A stretch of 64,000 bases of DNA, taken from Chrysemys picta bellii (taxonomy: Eukaryota). Below the pieces are notes generated by a model. The model made no database searches. It was not told the DNA's origin and worked only from the letters and a program-made list of their open reading frames with translations. The stretch spans positions 346,704,001 through 346,768,000 of the forward strand of contig NC_088791.1 in NCBI RefSeq assembly GCF_011386835.1, given 5' to 3'. Position numbers and translations under genes: made by a program. Positions within the stretch are counted from its first letter, which is position 1. Each line of letters starts with the position of its first letter. Positions 24,783-37,926 of this stretch are shown in pieces.

Positions 24783-25099
24783 CTGGAGGAAACAAGAAAC
24801 ACAGAGGTGAGGGCCGAGGAGCTGAGGAATCGGTGCTCTGGAAAACCCTGGCCACGGAACAGGAGCTGAGAGAATTTAAACCCTTTATGCAGTAGGGTCG
24901 AATTAGCCGAGAACTGATTGTCTCTGTGAAAGCTGCTCAGGGTGGGTGAGCTTGGAACTTCGTAGCAGCAGTGGGAACAGAATCCAGGTTTTCCTGCTCC
25001 AGGTGCTCCGGTCTCTGCCCCTGGAGCGAAAGGAGAAAAGTCCCTAGCCACTATTCCAATACAGGGAACGCTCCTGTAGGATGGGTGGGGTGGGAGGGG

Positions 25100-25480
25100 A
25101 GAATTTACTCGAATCAGACCCAGTGTAGGGGGTGACATGACGGGATCATTTTGACCATCTCTGCATCTTTGCTGGGCTGTTTTTTATGTATGTTCCTAAA
25201 GCTCATGCTTCAGGGTTTCAGGGGTCAGGAAGGGACTTTTTGCCCCCTGGTGTATTCTGGGAGGGTTTATTTAATCTCCTTCCTCTGAAGCATGAGGGAT
25301 GGCCACGGCCGGAGGTGGGACATAGGACGGGGAGGGCCAGGTGCTGAGGTGGCACCAAGCACTCTCTCCCACTCTCAGGTGCTGGGCTGGCTGGTTCTGA
25401 CTTGCATGCTCAGGGTTTAACTGATTGCCATGTGTGGGGTCGGGAAGGAATTAGCGCGGGGGTGCTGGTCAAACTGGCAG
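25100..25480 (+). mobile_element. Probable non-LTR retroelement 3'-region fragment
   Basis: Contains catgctcagggtttaactgattgccat...ggggtcgggaaggaatt, which I recall from reptile LINE 3' regions; family not established. Confidence 0.4.
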
Positions 25481-25537
25481 GAACTTGGGGTTTTTTCACC
25501 TTTCTCCGCAGCGTGTGGGTGTGGGTCTGGGAGTGTG

Positions 25538-26204
25538 TGTGCACCCCCCACAAAGTTTGAGGGGGTTAAGGCGGCCAGGTGGGCCAATTTACTCCCTGGG
25601 CTCCACCTGGCGGAGGAGCCAGGGAGCAGGGGTTGATTAAATGAGGCTTAGCTGGCCAGGAACAGAGGGGCCCGGATAAAGCCCAGGAGCTGAGAGCAGA
25701 AGGGCTGGCGGGGAAGGAGAAGGGAGGTGTTTCCTGGGGCTGCAGGGCTAGGTAGCCTACAGTCACTCCCTGGGAGGAGAGAGTTTGGGCCGGCAAACCC
25801 AGCGCAGGGGGAGAACCAGAGAGGTAGGGAAGGCAGCAAAGTGTCGGGGGAGGGCAGAGCTTGGCTGCTGAGGAGAGGGCCCTGAGCTGGAACCCGGAGC
25901 AGAGGGTGGGCCCGGGCTCCCCTACCAGCCCCTGGGGACGTGGTGCAGACCAGACAGCGGAGAGCGGACTGCCGGGGACAGTTTGCCCTGAAGGACTTGG
26001 ATACCCTGGAAGAGGAGGACAATAGTGACCTGGCCGGGGGCAGCCGAGTTACCAACAGGAAGCAGCAGCTCCTAGAGCGAGAGGGGCTGCAGGGCGAGGC
26101 AGGACGGGGGGAGACATGGCCAGAGGAGGGCGCAGCACCTGGAAAGAGCTAATTCCCAGAGTGGCCAGGAGGAGGCGCCCAAGGGGTGAGTGGACCCTGT
26201 GATA
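25538..26204 (+). mobile_element. Probable solo LTR
   Basis: TGT start and cctgtgata end; motifs recalled from turtle LTRs (ggaacccggagcagaggg...cccctaccagcc; gagctaattcccaga); no TSD found. Confidence 0.55.
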
Positions 26205-27389
26205 GGGTCACTCTCCTATTCACTGCCTGTGGCACATCACGGTCTAGTTTCCTGTGGGTCTCATTCGCTTTGGGCTCATTTCGGTATAGTGCGCGGGTGC
26301 TGGGTGGGGCTGGTGGCCTGTGACAGACAGGACACACTGTATGATCTGATCTCTGCTGGCCTTGAACTCTCTGACTCTAAAACTGTCCTGATAAGATCCC
26401 TGCCCCCCTGCGGGAATGTGTCGATTTCAACACAACTGTCAATAGGCTCCAGGCAAGTTCCAGGTGGGAACCTCCTTAATCTTCTGCCACCGGTCGCCCC
26501 TTTGGGCTCCCCAGCTTCTCCACGGCTCACCTGGCAGGCCGCCATCGAGCCAGGGCCTCCAGGCTCTGCCGCTCCCCAGCAGGGTGGGTTGCCCACCTCC
26601 CTGGGCAGCTGACAAACCGGGCAGCCAGCTCTCCAGCCCCCCGGGCTGCCCGAGGAGCCAGCCAAACATTGCTGTTTCTCCCCAAACACATTTCTTTTCT
26701 TTCTTTCCTTCCTGTGAAATTTACACACTTTTGCCCTTTGTGTCCCAATTTAGGATGAATTTTTTTGCTTTAATTCTAAAATGTGTGGCGGGCGGGAAGA
26801 GCCGGTTTTTGGCTGGCTCTGCTCACAGCGCCAGGCGCGTTCCTGGTGCCCTACGAACAGTGCAGGCTCGCCAGCAGAGGGACCCGGGCCCAATTTCCCT
26901 GCCACTCAAACAGCGGAGCTCCGCAGCGTCTCTGCTGGGGTCACCGGCATGGCCTCCATACCACACAGGGATGAGGGGGAGTCAAGCCCCTGCCCCAGAG
27001 ACCCTTCGGACCTGATCCTGCGAGGTGCTGAGCACTGTGGACACCCAGCGATGTCCCAGGAGCACCCGTCTGGAACCGGTCCCGACGGGACAGGGGAGGA
27101 TGGGGCTGCAGGAGAAAGCCCGGGGAAAGGAAAGCTCCTCTCAGCAGAGCAGCATGGACAGCGACAGGCAGATGGGCGCACAGATTTATTTCATGGGGGG
27201 GTGCTCTTCCTGGAGTAGCCGATGACACCCCAAGCCCCGGAACCCTGCCTCCCTCCCACTGTGCAGAAGGCCCCGTCTGTGCTCCAAGCAGGACAACTGG
27301 GTTTACTTGTTTCACGGCTGTTCCCTAGGGCGAGTTCTGGACTCCTCCCAGAACAGGCCCGGCCCGCCTGGGGCTGCGGTACCACCCAC

Positions 27390-27464
27390 CTGGCAGAAGA
27401 GCTGGTGGTTATCTTCCGAGACCAGCAGGAGGCAGCAGCAGGGGGACTGGGTCTCCTGCTTCAG
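27390..27464 (-). CDS. PDE2A: PDE2A coding exon: LKQETQSPCCCLLLVSEDNHQLFCQ
   Basis: (ct)n-ccccag|CTG and CAG|gtggg; 75 nt; CCLLLVSEDN is conserved. Confidence 0.96.
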
Positions 27465-30008
27465 CTGGGGAAGAGAGAGAGAGAGGGAGGCAGTGGTTAG
27501 AGACGCAGAGAGACCCTATTTAGAGCAGGAAGGGGCAGCGCTCTCCAGCACAGGCAGGAGGCCCTGGGACACACCCGCCAGCCTGTTCCGCTGAGATCTG
27601 CAGCACAAATGTTGGGTAGCTTAGCTCAGCCAGGCTGTTTGCTGGGGGCCCATCACTCTCATCACCACCTGGCCCTTGTACTTACAAAGGTGAAGCATCA
27701 TCCTCCCCTGGCTACAGGTGGGGAAACCGAGGCACAGCACTCTAAGTGACTTGCCCACTGTCACACAGGGAGTCAGTGGCAGAGGGAGGACGAGAACCCA
27801 GGAATCCTGGCTCCCAAAAAGTGCTACACCTGGCTGCTGAGCGGGCTCCAGGCAGAGAGTGACGGGTAGTAGGAGATAAAGGGGCCTAGGAAAGCAGAGG
27901 AGGGTTTAAACCTTTTTTTGCACAAGACTAGAGATTTAGAGCTTGGACTGAAGCGCCACTGGGCTCCCCCAGATAGAGGGAAACCATCACTTCCAACGGT
28001 CAGAGTCCAGCGGCACCTCTCTAGGGTGGCTGGGGGAGCACGTCCAGCACCACCATGCTCACCTGCACCCCAAAGCCCCCCTTCCCACCAACACAAGCTC
28101 CTCCCCAGACCCCTGTGCCAACACAAGCCAGCTGCAAGATGCGCTTGGCAAAGCAGACTCCAGAGGGCACAGCCGGGAGACCCAATTCTCCACTTAACGG
28201 CAGGGGGTGGTTTATCCCCATATACTCGGTCCGTTTCGCCCTGGCTCGTCTCAGGTTAGCTTGATTTGGGGAGCACAGAGGCACGAGCTAAACCAACAGA
28301 ACCAACCTGACACTGGGGACAAGTCCCAGCACCCACCGGGGCACTTCCCCTCCTGAACCATCAGCCAAGACCCCTGGACACCGAGGGACGGTTTGCCAGA
28401 GCCAGGGCTGTGTGCAGAGCTCAGGGTCTGACCCACTCACAAGAGGAGAGGGTTGGAGCCCAGATTTGAGTCTCTGGGCTTTGTCCAGACCCAGGGACTG
28501 TGCTCACTAGAATGGGGGTTGATCTGTTGGCCGCTGGGACAGAGACAATTTTTTCAATGCTTGTATTCCTGTTGCTCCTCTCTAGGGTGGCACCGCCCGC
28601 ACCCCAGTGCCCACCTTCCCACCGACAAGCTCCTCCCCTGACGCCCGTGCCAACCCAAACTCTCCCCAGGGCCAATCCAAGCCCAGGGTAAGCAGGCGCC
28701 ACCCTATGGAAGGCGATGGCAGGACTTGAGCCTCCTTCCCTCCCCTTCTTAATCTAGTGCTGGTGAGAGGTGCCCGACTGAGAGCCCTGGGGATCACCCA
28801 CAGAAGCAGGGCACAACATGGGCTCCGCCGATGCGTCCCCGACCCAGGGCACCGAGGAGAGCTTAGCCTCCCTGCACCGCCTGTCTTTGGGGTCTCTGCT
28901 GAGGCAGCCAGCAAAGGGGCTGCCTGTCGACATCACCCACCCTGTCCCATTCGCCGCAGAAGAGCTATCAGATGCTGCTAACAGCTGCTGACGCCAGGCT
29001 GAGGGGACAGAGGTGAGTGGTCCTGTATCCCCTTTCCTATGGCCGGAGCCTCCCAGTGCTCCCTTCTCACTCCTCCCTTTCTGACCCGGGGCCAGCCCTG
29101 CTCCCAAGGGGAGCTTTATCTGTGATGAGAACCGGCCCCCATCTCGGTGCTGAGCGTGCACCAAGGGCTGGGGCTCTCCAAGTGGCCGGCCTGGGCTGGA
29201 ATGGGGGGGGATCCAGTCACAGCACTGGAGTCATCAGGTCATGGAGGGCCCTGGGCAGGAGATCCTGTGGGTGGAGCTCGCCTGTACGGACAGCCATTAT
29301 TATTAGGGGTACTACAGTAGCACCGAGGGCTCCAACTCAAAACTGAGTCCCATTGTGCCAGGCGCTGGACAGACACATAGTGGGAGACACAGTCCTCGCC
29401 CTGAGGTAGAACAGCTGCAGGCTACTGGCAGTGTTCTAGCAACACCTTCAACTGTATGGACAAGAGGCATCAGCAGCAAAGAACAGCTTCTGAACCTGCC
29501 CAAATGTGACCTAAATCCTTCCAGGAGAAGGGGGAGGTGTGAGCTGCCCCCTCCGAGTTAGCGCAGCAAGTTGTTGTTCACTCTGAAGCCTAGTGACGAC
29601 ACTTTGGACATTGGTCAGGAGGTTGCTTTGCAACCAAAAGGGTGAGAACAGGGACCGAGGGGTGTTAAATTAAACAAAGCTGCTGGGTCTGGGCGGGGCA
29701 CTCGACCCAACCCCTTTGCTAGGGCAACGGGCGCACTAGAAACGCTGATAAATAAAGCAGACACCCCGTCTCTTCCTGTTTATTCTGCCGTTCTGCGAAC
29801 CTCCCCGCTCTGTCCAGCCCCTGCAGAGGGCGGCTGTGTGCAAGACGCTCTGCGGGGAGCAGCTGACATCTGCACGGCGCTAGGAACACTCCGGCAACGC
29901 TCCGCTGCGCAGCTGAGGTCACTAGCAAGGCTGCCCCGGGTTTCCCTGCGAGAACGTTCCCTCCCCGGGAGGTCAGTGGCGGTCACAGCAAAGCACCCAG
30001 GTACTTAC

Positions 30009-30061
30009 ATAGTTAATGACCTTGAGCTGGAGCGAGGCCGCGTCGAGGTCGTACAGCTCCC
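30009..30061 (-). CDS. PDE2A: PDE2A coding exon: (G)ELYDLDAASLQLKVINY
   Basis: tgcag|GG and TAT|gtaagt; 53 nt. Confidence 0.96.
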
Positions 30062-30945
30062 CTGCAAGAGCAACGAGCGAGAGCGTTAGCCGGTGCGATG
30101 GGCTGGCGGGAGGGAGTTAAGCCGCCCGGGGAAGCCAGGTAGCACCACTAGGTAACCCAGCCGGAACCAGCCCACCGCGCTGGGCACTGGGAGCTCAGTG
30201 CTTCCGGAAATGCCTGCACCGTAACGGTCTTGCTGGTGACTCCCCTCCCCCGCCCATCCCCTCCGCCATTCGTCTCCCACCAGCCAGAGGATGGTCAGTT
30301 CTTGGCGCTCCTGCTCCCTGTGGCGTGGTGGGAGCTGCCAGGCTGAGTCAGGCCATTGGCTGATGATCTCAGAGAGCTGGGCACGGATTCGCTCAGTCTC
30401 TCCTCTGCCCCGGGAGGCAGCTCAGTGTCAGGAGCCCCATTTACATATGGGGAAACCGAGGCACCGAGCGAGGCAAGGACTAGCCCACTGTCTCCCAGCC
30501 GCAGGGAATCAGGGCCCAGTACCTGCCCCCTTTCACGTCAAAGTCCAAATGCAGCTGGATGGGGCCTTGGAATCCAGCAGCCCGGGCTCCAATCACCGGA
30601 GAGCGCCAGGTGGGAAAGTGCTATGGGGCAAATGTCTCTGCAGGGCGGGCGGGCCCCCCACCCCACACAGCTCCAGGGCGCTCAGTACCACACAGGGGCT
30701 GGGCTTTGCTGCTCCGGGGCAGCTGGGCCTGGCTGGCCCCAGGTCCCGTCCACCATAGCAACTCCTCCATGCCTGTCTATCGCTCCACGGTCGCTGGATG
30801 CAGCATGGGCCGTGTGCCAATGGCCACGACCCCACACGTGGGCGCCGGCGGCTCTAGAGAAGGGGGTCCCCCACTCTGTGCTGCCTGCCGGCCCCCCTCA
30901 GTGCTCACGCCCCTCTCGGGCTGGGAAGAGCCGTCCCCCTCTTAC

Positions 30946-31105
30946 CGCACAGCTGCAGTATCTTGCGGTCCAGGTCGCTGTAGCCGCCGTGCGTTGCCCT
31001 CTCAGTCTTGGCCAGGGAATTCTGGGACGAGCTGGTGGACAGGCTGACCTGGGGCCAGGGCTGCAGCTTCTGGAGGGTTTGGACACGCTGGTACGCCACC
31101 AGGAT
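30946..31105 (-). CDS. PDE2A: PDE2A coding exon: ILVAYQRVQTLQKLQPWPQVSLSTSSSQNSLAKTERATHGGYSDLDRKILQLC(G)
   Basis: tacag|ATC and TGCG|gtaag; 160 nt; DRKILQLCG is conserved. Confidence 0.95.
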
Positions 31106-31886
31106 CTGTAGGGCACAAGAAGGTGGGGAGTGAAAGGGGTCAGGGGGTGGGGGGCTGTTCCCTTTCCTCCTGGAACCCGGCCCCCTTCCCATCCGTTAGG
31201 GGCTTATTCCGTGCACCACCCACTGGGCACGGCTGGTTACAGACAGAGCCTGGGTCAGCCACGAGGACGGGGAGCAAGAACAACTTCAAGCCTCAAACCC
31301 CATGTAAACCTTCCCCTCCCTCCACATGGCCCAGTTCCCACTCGCACACCCAGGTGGCCTGCATACGGCCACGCCCTCATTCCAGGCCACCAGCCTACGA
31401 CCAGCTCCTGGGGGAACTTCAGGGTCTCAGTTCGGGGGTGATGGGAAGAGGAGGGGGCTAGAGCCTGGGGGACATTCTGGCGCAGGGAAGGGATGGACTC
31501 CACCATCCCGAGGAGAGCCAGGCGGCTGGCACAGAAAGTTAACCAGCTTTTGGGGAGCTGGGAGCTGACAGATGCGGTGTGTATGGATACTGAGGTGAGA
31601 GGCACTTTAGAACTACGGTGGCTTAGACCAGATTAGATACTGAGAAGTGAATTCACCTTGCCAGGTAAATCTGCACCACTAGGGCTGAGAATTAAACCCA
31701 GTATGAGAAACTAGCCCAAGGAAATGAAGAAAGTTTCCTTAAAGCTTTTTACTGTTGTCCCTTTTAAATCATAAGACAAGACAGTCGTCTCCTTCCTTAA
31801 ATCGCTGTTGTAATAAACCCATGGTTATTATTTTTTGTATTAAAGAAGCACCTAGAATCCCCAACCAAAACCAGACCCTAATTGTA

Positions 31887-32042
31887 ACACACACACACAG
31901 CGAGATATGGTCTTTTACACACATACACACACACACACACAGAGCGAGATGTGGTCTTACACACACAACGAGATATGGTCTTACACACACACACAGAGCG
32001 AGATAAGGTCTTAGACACACACACACACAGAGCGAGATATGG

Positions 32043-32080
<38 letters not shown>

Positions 32081-32129
32081 CAAGATACGGTCTTACACAC
32101 ACAGAGCAAGATACGGTCTTACACACACA
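31887..32129 (+). repeat. Compound (CA)n / gagcgagatatggtctta minisatellite running into a gap
   Basis: Direct inspection. Confidence 0.9.
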
Positions 32130-32257
32130 NNNNNNNNNNNNNNNNNNNNNNNNNNNNNNNNNNNNNNNNNNNNNNNNNNNNNNNNNNNNNNNNNNNNNNN
32201 NNNNNNNNNNNNNNNNNNNNNNNNNNNNNNNNNNNNNNNNNNNNNNNNNNNNNNNNN
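32130..32257. other. Assembly gap (128 N)
   Basis: N run. Confidence 1.
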
Positions 32258-33129
32258 CCTGAACCCCTTTGAGGAAGACTCAGGAAGCTAGAGAACGACA
32301 AAAGATAAGGTTCATTCCCCTCTCTTTCACAGAGCTCACGTTCTTCCTTCTCCTCTTTCTCCGCCCTCCCTTTGCTCTCCACTGGTGCATCCTGGGAATT
32401 GTTGCTCCTGGACTCAAAGCTCCAGGAACCACCTAGAAACCGACTTACAAACCGGGGTAGCAATCTGCTCCGAGCTAGATACGACACACCCTTCCCCTTC
32501 AGAACAACCATTGTCAGACTTCAAACTGTTACTTCCAAACGGTCACTTGAGTCCAGCAACAAAGTTTTCCAACCTTTCAGGCTGTCTACTTTGTCTCACA
32601 CTTCTCCTAGTACACGGAGAGGCAGGACCGAGACTGGGTAATGGAGCAATTCCCAAATGCTATAGATTGTCCATCATCACTATCGGGATCATCGGTGTTC
32701 TCTGCTCCAGGGTGGAAATCAGCATTCTCTTCTCCACATGCTGGCGGATGAGCTGCCGACAACCTTGAAATGTTCCATTTCTTTCCATCCATTAATCCAT
32801 CCGAATCTGCTCGGGGTTCTGTTATCTGCAAAGGACACGGACATCTCGAATGCCTTTCTTCTGCCTCTGAATGGCAGCTTCACACGAACAAAATCTCCAA
32901 TTTGAAACTCGTGAGGTTTAGCAAAGTTCTCCCGCGCTCCGTACTCCCTGTACTTCTCCTGTGCGCTCTTAACACCTTCGCGACGAGCTGCATGGGAGGA
33001 TGTGGTTGACAAAAGAGAACACACAAGCCCTGGACAGGTAGGAAGTCGTGCATTGGTCTTGCATCCTCTTAACAGTTCAAAGGGTGATACTCCTAGTGGG
33101 GCATGGACAAACGCTAGGAGTGTGTGGTG

Positions 33130-33518
33130 GGGCCCAGGCCAGCCCTGTTGGGGGGCGAGGAGGGAGCGCCACCCAGCCCCGCTCCGAGCTTTGCTCCGGT
33201 CCTGCCCCCAGATGCAGCCCGGGTGCCCAGCCCCGTGCCCAGCCCCACCCGCACCCTCTCTCCCGACCGCAGCCCAGTCGCGGCTCCGCACCCAGCCCCA
33301 GCCCCGCTCCCAGCTCCCAGTCTTCGTCCCTGGCTGAAGCTCCATTCCTGGCCCCAACCCCTGACCCGCCCCACATCTGCAGCCTGAACCTCGGTCCCCT
33401 TACCCCGTCTGCGTTTGCCCCTCCTCCCCCCCTCCCGGAGCCACGGCCCCACTCTCAGCTGTGTGTGTGGGGACAGGTGTGTGTGTGGGGGGTGATGCTG
33501 AAAAGTTTGGGACCACTG
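33130..33518 (-). mobile_element. Truncated hAT MITE inserted in the Gypsy integrase
   Basis: One TIR (cagtggtcccaaact) at 33518; GC-rich interior; the second TIR and part of the integrase core are missing. Confidence 0.7.
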
Positions 33519-36500
33519 GTATAAAGAAACCATTTTGTGCTCAATACCATTGCTACAGAGGTAGTGTTGCATTTCAGCAGAAGTCAACTGCATTCCATTG
33601 TCAGTTACCAACTCCTTGGGAAACCCTTCTCGGGTGAAAACTGATGACATGAACTTAATCGCTGCTTCAGAGGTCACCTTTCCGGTGAATGGAACTTCCA
33701 GCCACACTGAATGATAGTTTACCAGGACTAGGAGAAACCTTTGTGTACCAGGCTGATCTTCATATGGTCCCATTACGTCGAGAGCCAGTTTCTCCCATGG
33801 ACAGTTGGGATAGTCAACTGGTGTGAGAGGGATGTTGAAGATTTTCCGTGACTCCTCACTAGTAGCACACGCCAGGCAATCCTGGATTATTTCCTCAACC
33901 GGCTTGTCCATCGCTGGTCACCAGAAGTCTTGTCACCATTGTCGGTTTGACTCCTCCCCAGGTGCTCTTCATGTGCCAAATGAAGCAATCATTCTCTCAG
34001 AAGTGTAGGCACAAGAAGATGGGTCAAGTCTCAACTTCCAGTCATTTACAAGGGACAGCTCACGTGATACGTGTCTTTATGGTGCAAGTGTTCTGGTGTT
34101 ATCGTCTTGTAAGTCCATCCATTGACTATGTAACTCTTTAGGTCCTAAAGTACCTTGTCTTCTCTCATGGCTGTTGCCCACTCTGAGACTGATCACTCCT
34201 GGAGTTGTAGAAGAGATTAGTCCAATGGCAATCTCTTCATCTGCTTTTTCTATTGCACCCTCATGATAAGGCCAAGTGAGAGAAACGATCTGCAGTGGAG
34301 TTCTTGGCTCCTGGAAGACACACTGTCTGGAAATCAGAGTCCATTTGGCAATTCTTAGAGTTGTTCAACCAGAACCTTGCATGGTGAGTAAAGCTGAAAG
34401 AGGTTTGTGATCAGATATTCCGATAAATTTCCGACCCCACGGGTAGGTTCTGAAATGTCTTACTGCCCAGAAACATGCCAGAGCTTCTTGCTCAATGATG
34501 GAATATGATTTTTCTGGATCCATCAGGGCTCTGGAGGTGAATGCAGTCGTGACTTCTCATCCGTTTTTTAGCTGAATCAAGACAGTACCAAGAACTCACA
34601 AGCACCTGTTGTGACAATCGTTTGCTTCTAATAATAATAATAATAATAATAATTCTAAGAGCCAGACTGCTGGAAATTGTATGATTTATCTTGTTAAAGT
34701 TGTTCTTGCACTCTCCATCCCATTCACACTTCACATCTTTTTCCAGGAGATGGCGCAAAGGAACTATTTTCACAGCAAATTGCTGTACAGTGCAAACTTT
34801 GAATAGTATTTGCACAATCCGAAGAAGGACCAAAGTTTGTTCTTGATTTTAGGCTCTGGTGCATCACAAATGGCTTTCACCAAGTTTGGTTTTGGTGGTA
34901 TGCTGTTCCGAGAGATTGTATGTCCTGTATATGTCACTGAGTCAGTACGGAACTGACATTTCTTCTTGCTGACGGTAAGTCCGTGTCTTTGAAGTTTTTC
35001 TAGAACCCCTTTTAGGAGGACATCATGTTCGGATTCATCTTTCAATGTCATCTAGGAAGTAAGTACCATCCCTTCTCTCTCCAAAAATGCCACACATTCT
35101 CTGGAATACAGTCGCTGCCGAGGCCAACCCAAATGACATCCACTGGAATTGGAACGAACCTCATGGAGTGACAAATCAAGGGTCATAAAGACTCATGCCT
35201 CCTTCAAGGTGTGCGGCGTTTCACTGATGTTGGATAGAGCAGGACAATCCATGACAATGTTGGAGTTTAGATCTCTCAAGTCCACACACATACAGACGGC
35301 ACCATGAGGCTTCCTGGCAAGAATGACAGGAGAAAGAAACCCGTTCTGACGAATCAGCCGGTTCAAAGATAACCTGCTTTGCATGGTTTCAGAATCTCCT
35401 CCTTGAGCGGTTGTCTCCATGCAATTGGCATGTTTAGCACTTTATCTTGCACAGGCACCATACTGTTTTTTGGCTGGATCTTGTGCTTGTACCAACATCT
35501 GCGGTGAAAACTACTGGAAAATCAGAGACGATTCCTGGTTGTGGCCTATCCTCGGTTTGCAGGACAGATTCTGTGCAGCTGGGAGCTAATATCCTCTGGG
35601 GATCCTTTTGATGATTCCCTCCTAAAATAGAAACTCCCTTTTGGGCTTCATAGCTTTTCCCTTGGACATTACAGCCTTTGCACACGAGGGCAGCTGTGAA
35701 CTAGCCATTGATGGGGATGGGAGATCCACCATACCCTCCGGGATAGCGGTCGGGAGGCTGCAACTGAGGTTGGTAGCTGGCAAATACAGCAGAACCTCAA
35801 AGCTATGAACACCAGAGTTACGGACGGACTGGTCAACTGGACACCAAGTGAAACTGGAAGTAACCAATCAGGCAGCGGCAGAGACAAAAACAAATAGCAA
35901 ATACTGTACTATGCCTGTATTGCATCTTAAAGGTAGGCACATCTGGGCTGCCTGTCCCCACCCCCACGCGTGGGGCAGCCCCTTACAGCATGAGGCTGGG
36001 CCTGTCAGCTCTGGAACCAGGAGAGCAGGAGCAGCGCTGGGGTCTGCACTGCTTTCACACCTCCCCCATGCCCCGGCCTGGAGGGGGACACGCTGTTTTC
36101 AAACACACACACACACCGGGAGGGGGATAAGCTTGCAAAGTCTTGCTGGCAACCTCCATTCCCACAGTGTCCGTACTGCTGAGGTTCGACTGTGGTACGG
36201 TGTAGAACCGGTTGGCAATTATAGTGCAAGGCGGGTGAACCAGAATCCGGTAACGTTCCTGCCTCCTGGCCCTCGACTCACCTGTGGCCATGATGGGGGT
36301 GATCTCCTGTCCCTGTGGGGATTCAGTTTGCCACCCTCTTCACCAGTGAGAGCTCCAGAAACAAGATGGACGGCAGACTTCAGCCAAGTGTCCTTTTGGG
36401 TTGCACGCTGATTTCTCGGCAGGGCACACTTAAACGTCTGCCTTGTCTCCAGGGTCACCGCGTCTGCAGCTCGGGGAGCAATGTGGTGTGGGGGAGGGTA

Positions 36501-36525
36501 AAGGCACCGTAGAGGTAGACTTAGG

Positions 36526-36867
36526 CACCAGTGCCGGATTTCTCATTTCCCCGGGGGTGCTCCACCCCAGGCTCCGCCCACACTCCCCTTCCCGTAAGGC
36601 CCCAACCCCACCCCACCTTTTCCCGCCCCCACCCTGCCTCTTCCTGCCCCGTTCTGCCCCCTTCCTGGAATGTGCCACACCCTCACTCCTTCCCCTCCCG
36701 CCCCAGCACCTCTTGCATGCCACTGAACAGCTGATCTGCGGCGGGCAGGAGGCGCTGGGGGGAGGGGGAGGAGTTAATCAGCGGGGCCGCCGGTGGGTGC
36801 TGAGCACCCACTATTTTTTTTCGGTGGGTGCTCCAGCACCAGCGCACCTGCGGAGCTGGCGCCTATG
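36526..36867. mobile_element. hAT-type MITE nested in Gypsy gag
   Basis: Imperfect termini caccagtgcc / ggcgcctatg; perfect 8-bp TSD gacttagg; removing it rejoins the gag peptide at PKS. Confidence 0.88.
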
Positions 36868-37792
36868 GACTTAGGAGCTTTGCAGGTGGCAGTCTCGTAT
36901 GGGACTGCATTCGCCTGCGCAGGCCGGGAGACATCCGGCGCCACGGACGGTGACATAGCACCACGGATGGCGCTTTCCACCCGTCGGGCGGTTTTGCGGG
37001 TTTTCTCCAAGGCAAAGGCTTTTTATCACGAGGAGTCATTCAGGAGCCGTGGAACCGGTCGCCTCCCGGACAGTCTGACCCCTGATCATTTCATCTGTGC
37101 AAGTGGCGAATGCACAGGTTGCTCGTGACTCAGGCAAGGCAGCTACGCCGAGGTCGGTGGCCTCATGAGGCATCCGTACATGGGAATAGGAGCTCGGCAC
37201 CAACACTGAGTTGAGGATTAAAATGATCCTCCAGGGCTCGGAGAGCAGGACTGTCCGGAGTCGCATCCTGCGGTGAGTCAGGACCAGGAGGGAGATGCTT
37301 GAAGATTCACTGTGGCAATGCGGCAGTGCGGCTCTCCACTTGCCTGGAGCGTAGGAAGAAGTTACACTAGGAAGCACCTAGTTGCAGAAGTTAGACTTCC
37401 GTTGTGCCCAGGGGAGCAGGGGATCTCCTGGGTTAGGCACGGGGAATGGTGGAGGTGGTAATAAGCGTCGCAGCCCCGGCTGATTGGCTCTGTACAACTA
37501 CACTCGCGGTGCAGCTGGGCTGCTGAGGAATTTGCGGGCTGGGAGAAAGGAGCCCAGTGAAAAAACAGGCACCGGCCCTTTGAGTTTCTCTTCTCAGCCA
37601 GGCGAAGTTGCAGATCACAGCAGACAGACACACACTGGGGCGCTGTCTGCACCTAGCTAGATCCAACATGGGCCCTGCCCGGGAGAGCTCACAAGCTAAA
37701 CAGACAAAGGCAGGCTCTTTATTCCCATTCTAGCCGATGGGGAGCAGAGGCCTAGCGATTTGCCCAAGAGAGGAGGGCTCTGATACGGACAC

Positions 37793-37926
37793 GCTGTGGG
37801 ACCTTGGGCAAGTCACTTAGCCTCCCTGTGCCTCAGTTCCCCCTCTGTACAAAGCGGATCACAGCCCTGCCCTCGAGGGGCGTGTGAGGATAAGCGCATT
37901 AAAGATTGCAGGGGGGCTCGGATGAC
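37793..37926 (+). mobile_element. CORE/MIR-like SINE remnant
   Basis: gaccttgggcaagtcacttagcctccctgtgcctcagtt core. Confidence 0.7.

Larger units (their letters stand above)
32300..37470 (-). mobile_element. Decayed Gypsy/Ty3 LTR retrotransposon internal region (gag, Zn knuckle, protease, RT, RNase H, integrase), with frameshifts
   Basis: Minus-strand fragments in canonical order: PPPFPVPNPGDPLLPW, ALEDHFNP and DEMIRGQ (gag); CPAEKSACNPKGHLAEVCR; LPDSGS; SPVILARKPHGAVCMCVDLRDLN; FGLASAATVFQR..FLDDI; EALACFWAVRHF..GRKF..DHKPL; AHEEHLG..CLAC; ALDVMGP..TDNG; GVSPFELL. A polypurine tract lies at about 32315-32328. Confidence 0.93.

Noticed and set aside
29779-29784. Sense-strand AATAAA 225 nt after the exon 30009 donor (intronic polyadenylation)
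   Set aside because: Many such hexamers occur in the introns, and nothing singles this one out without 3'-end data.
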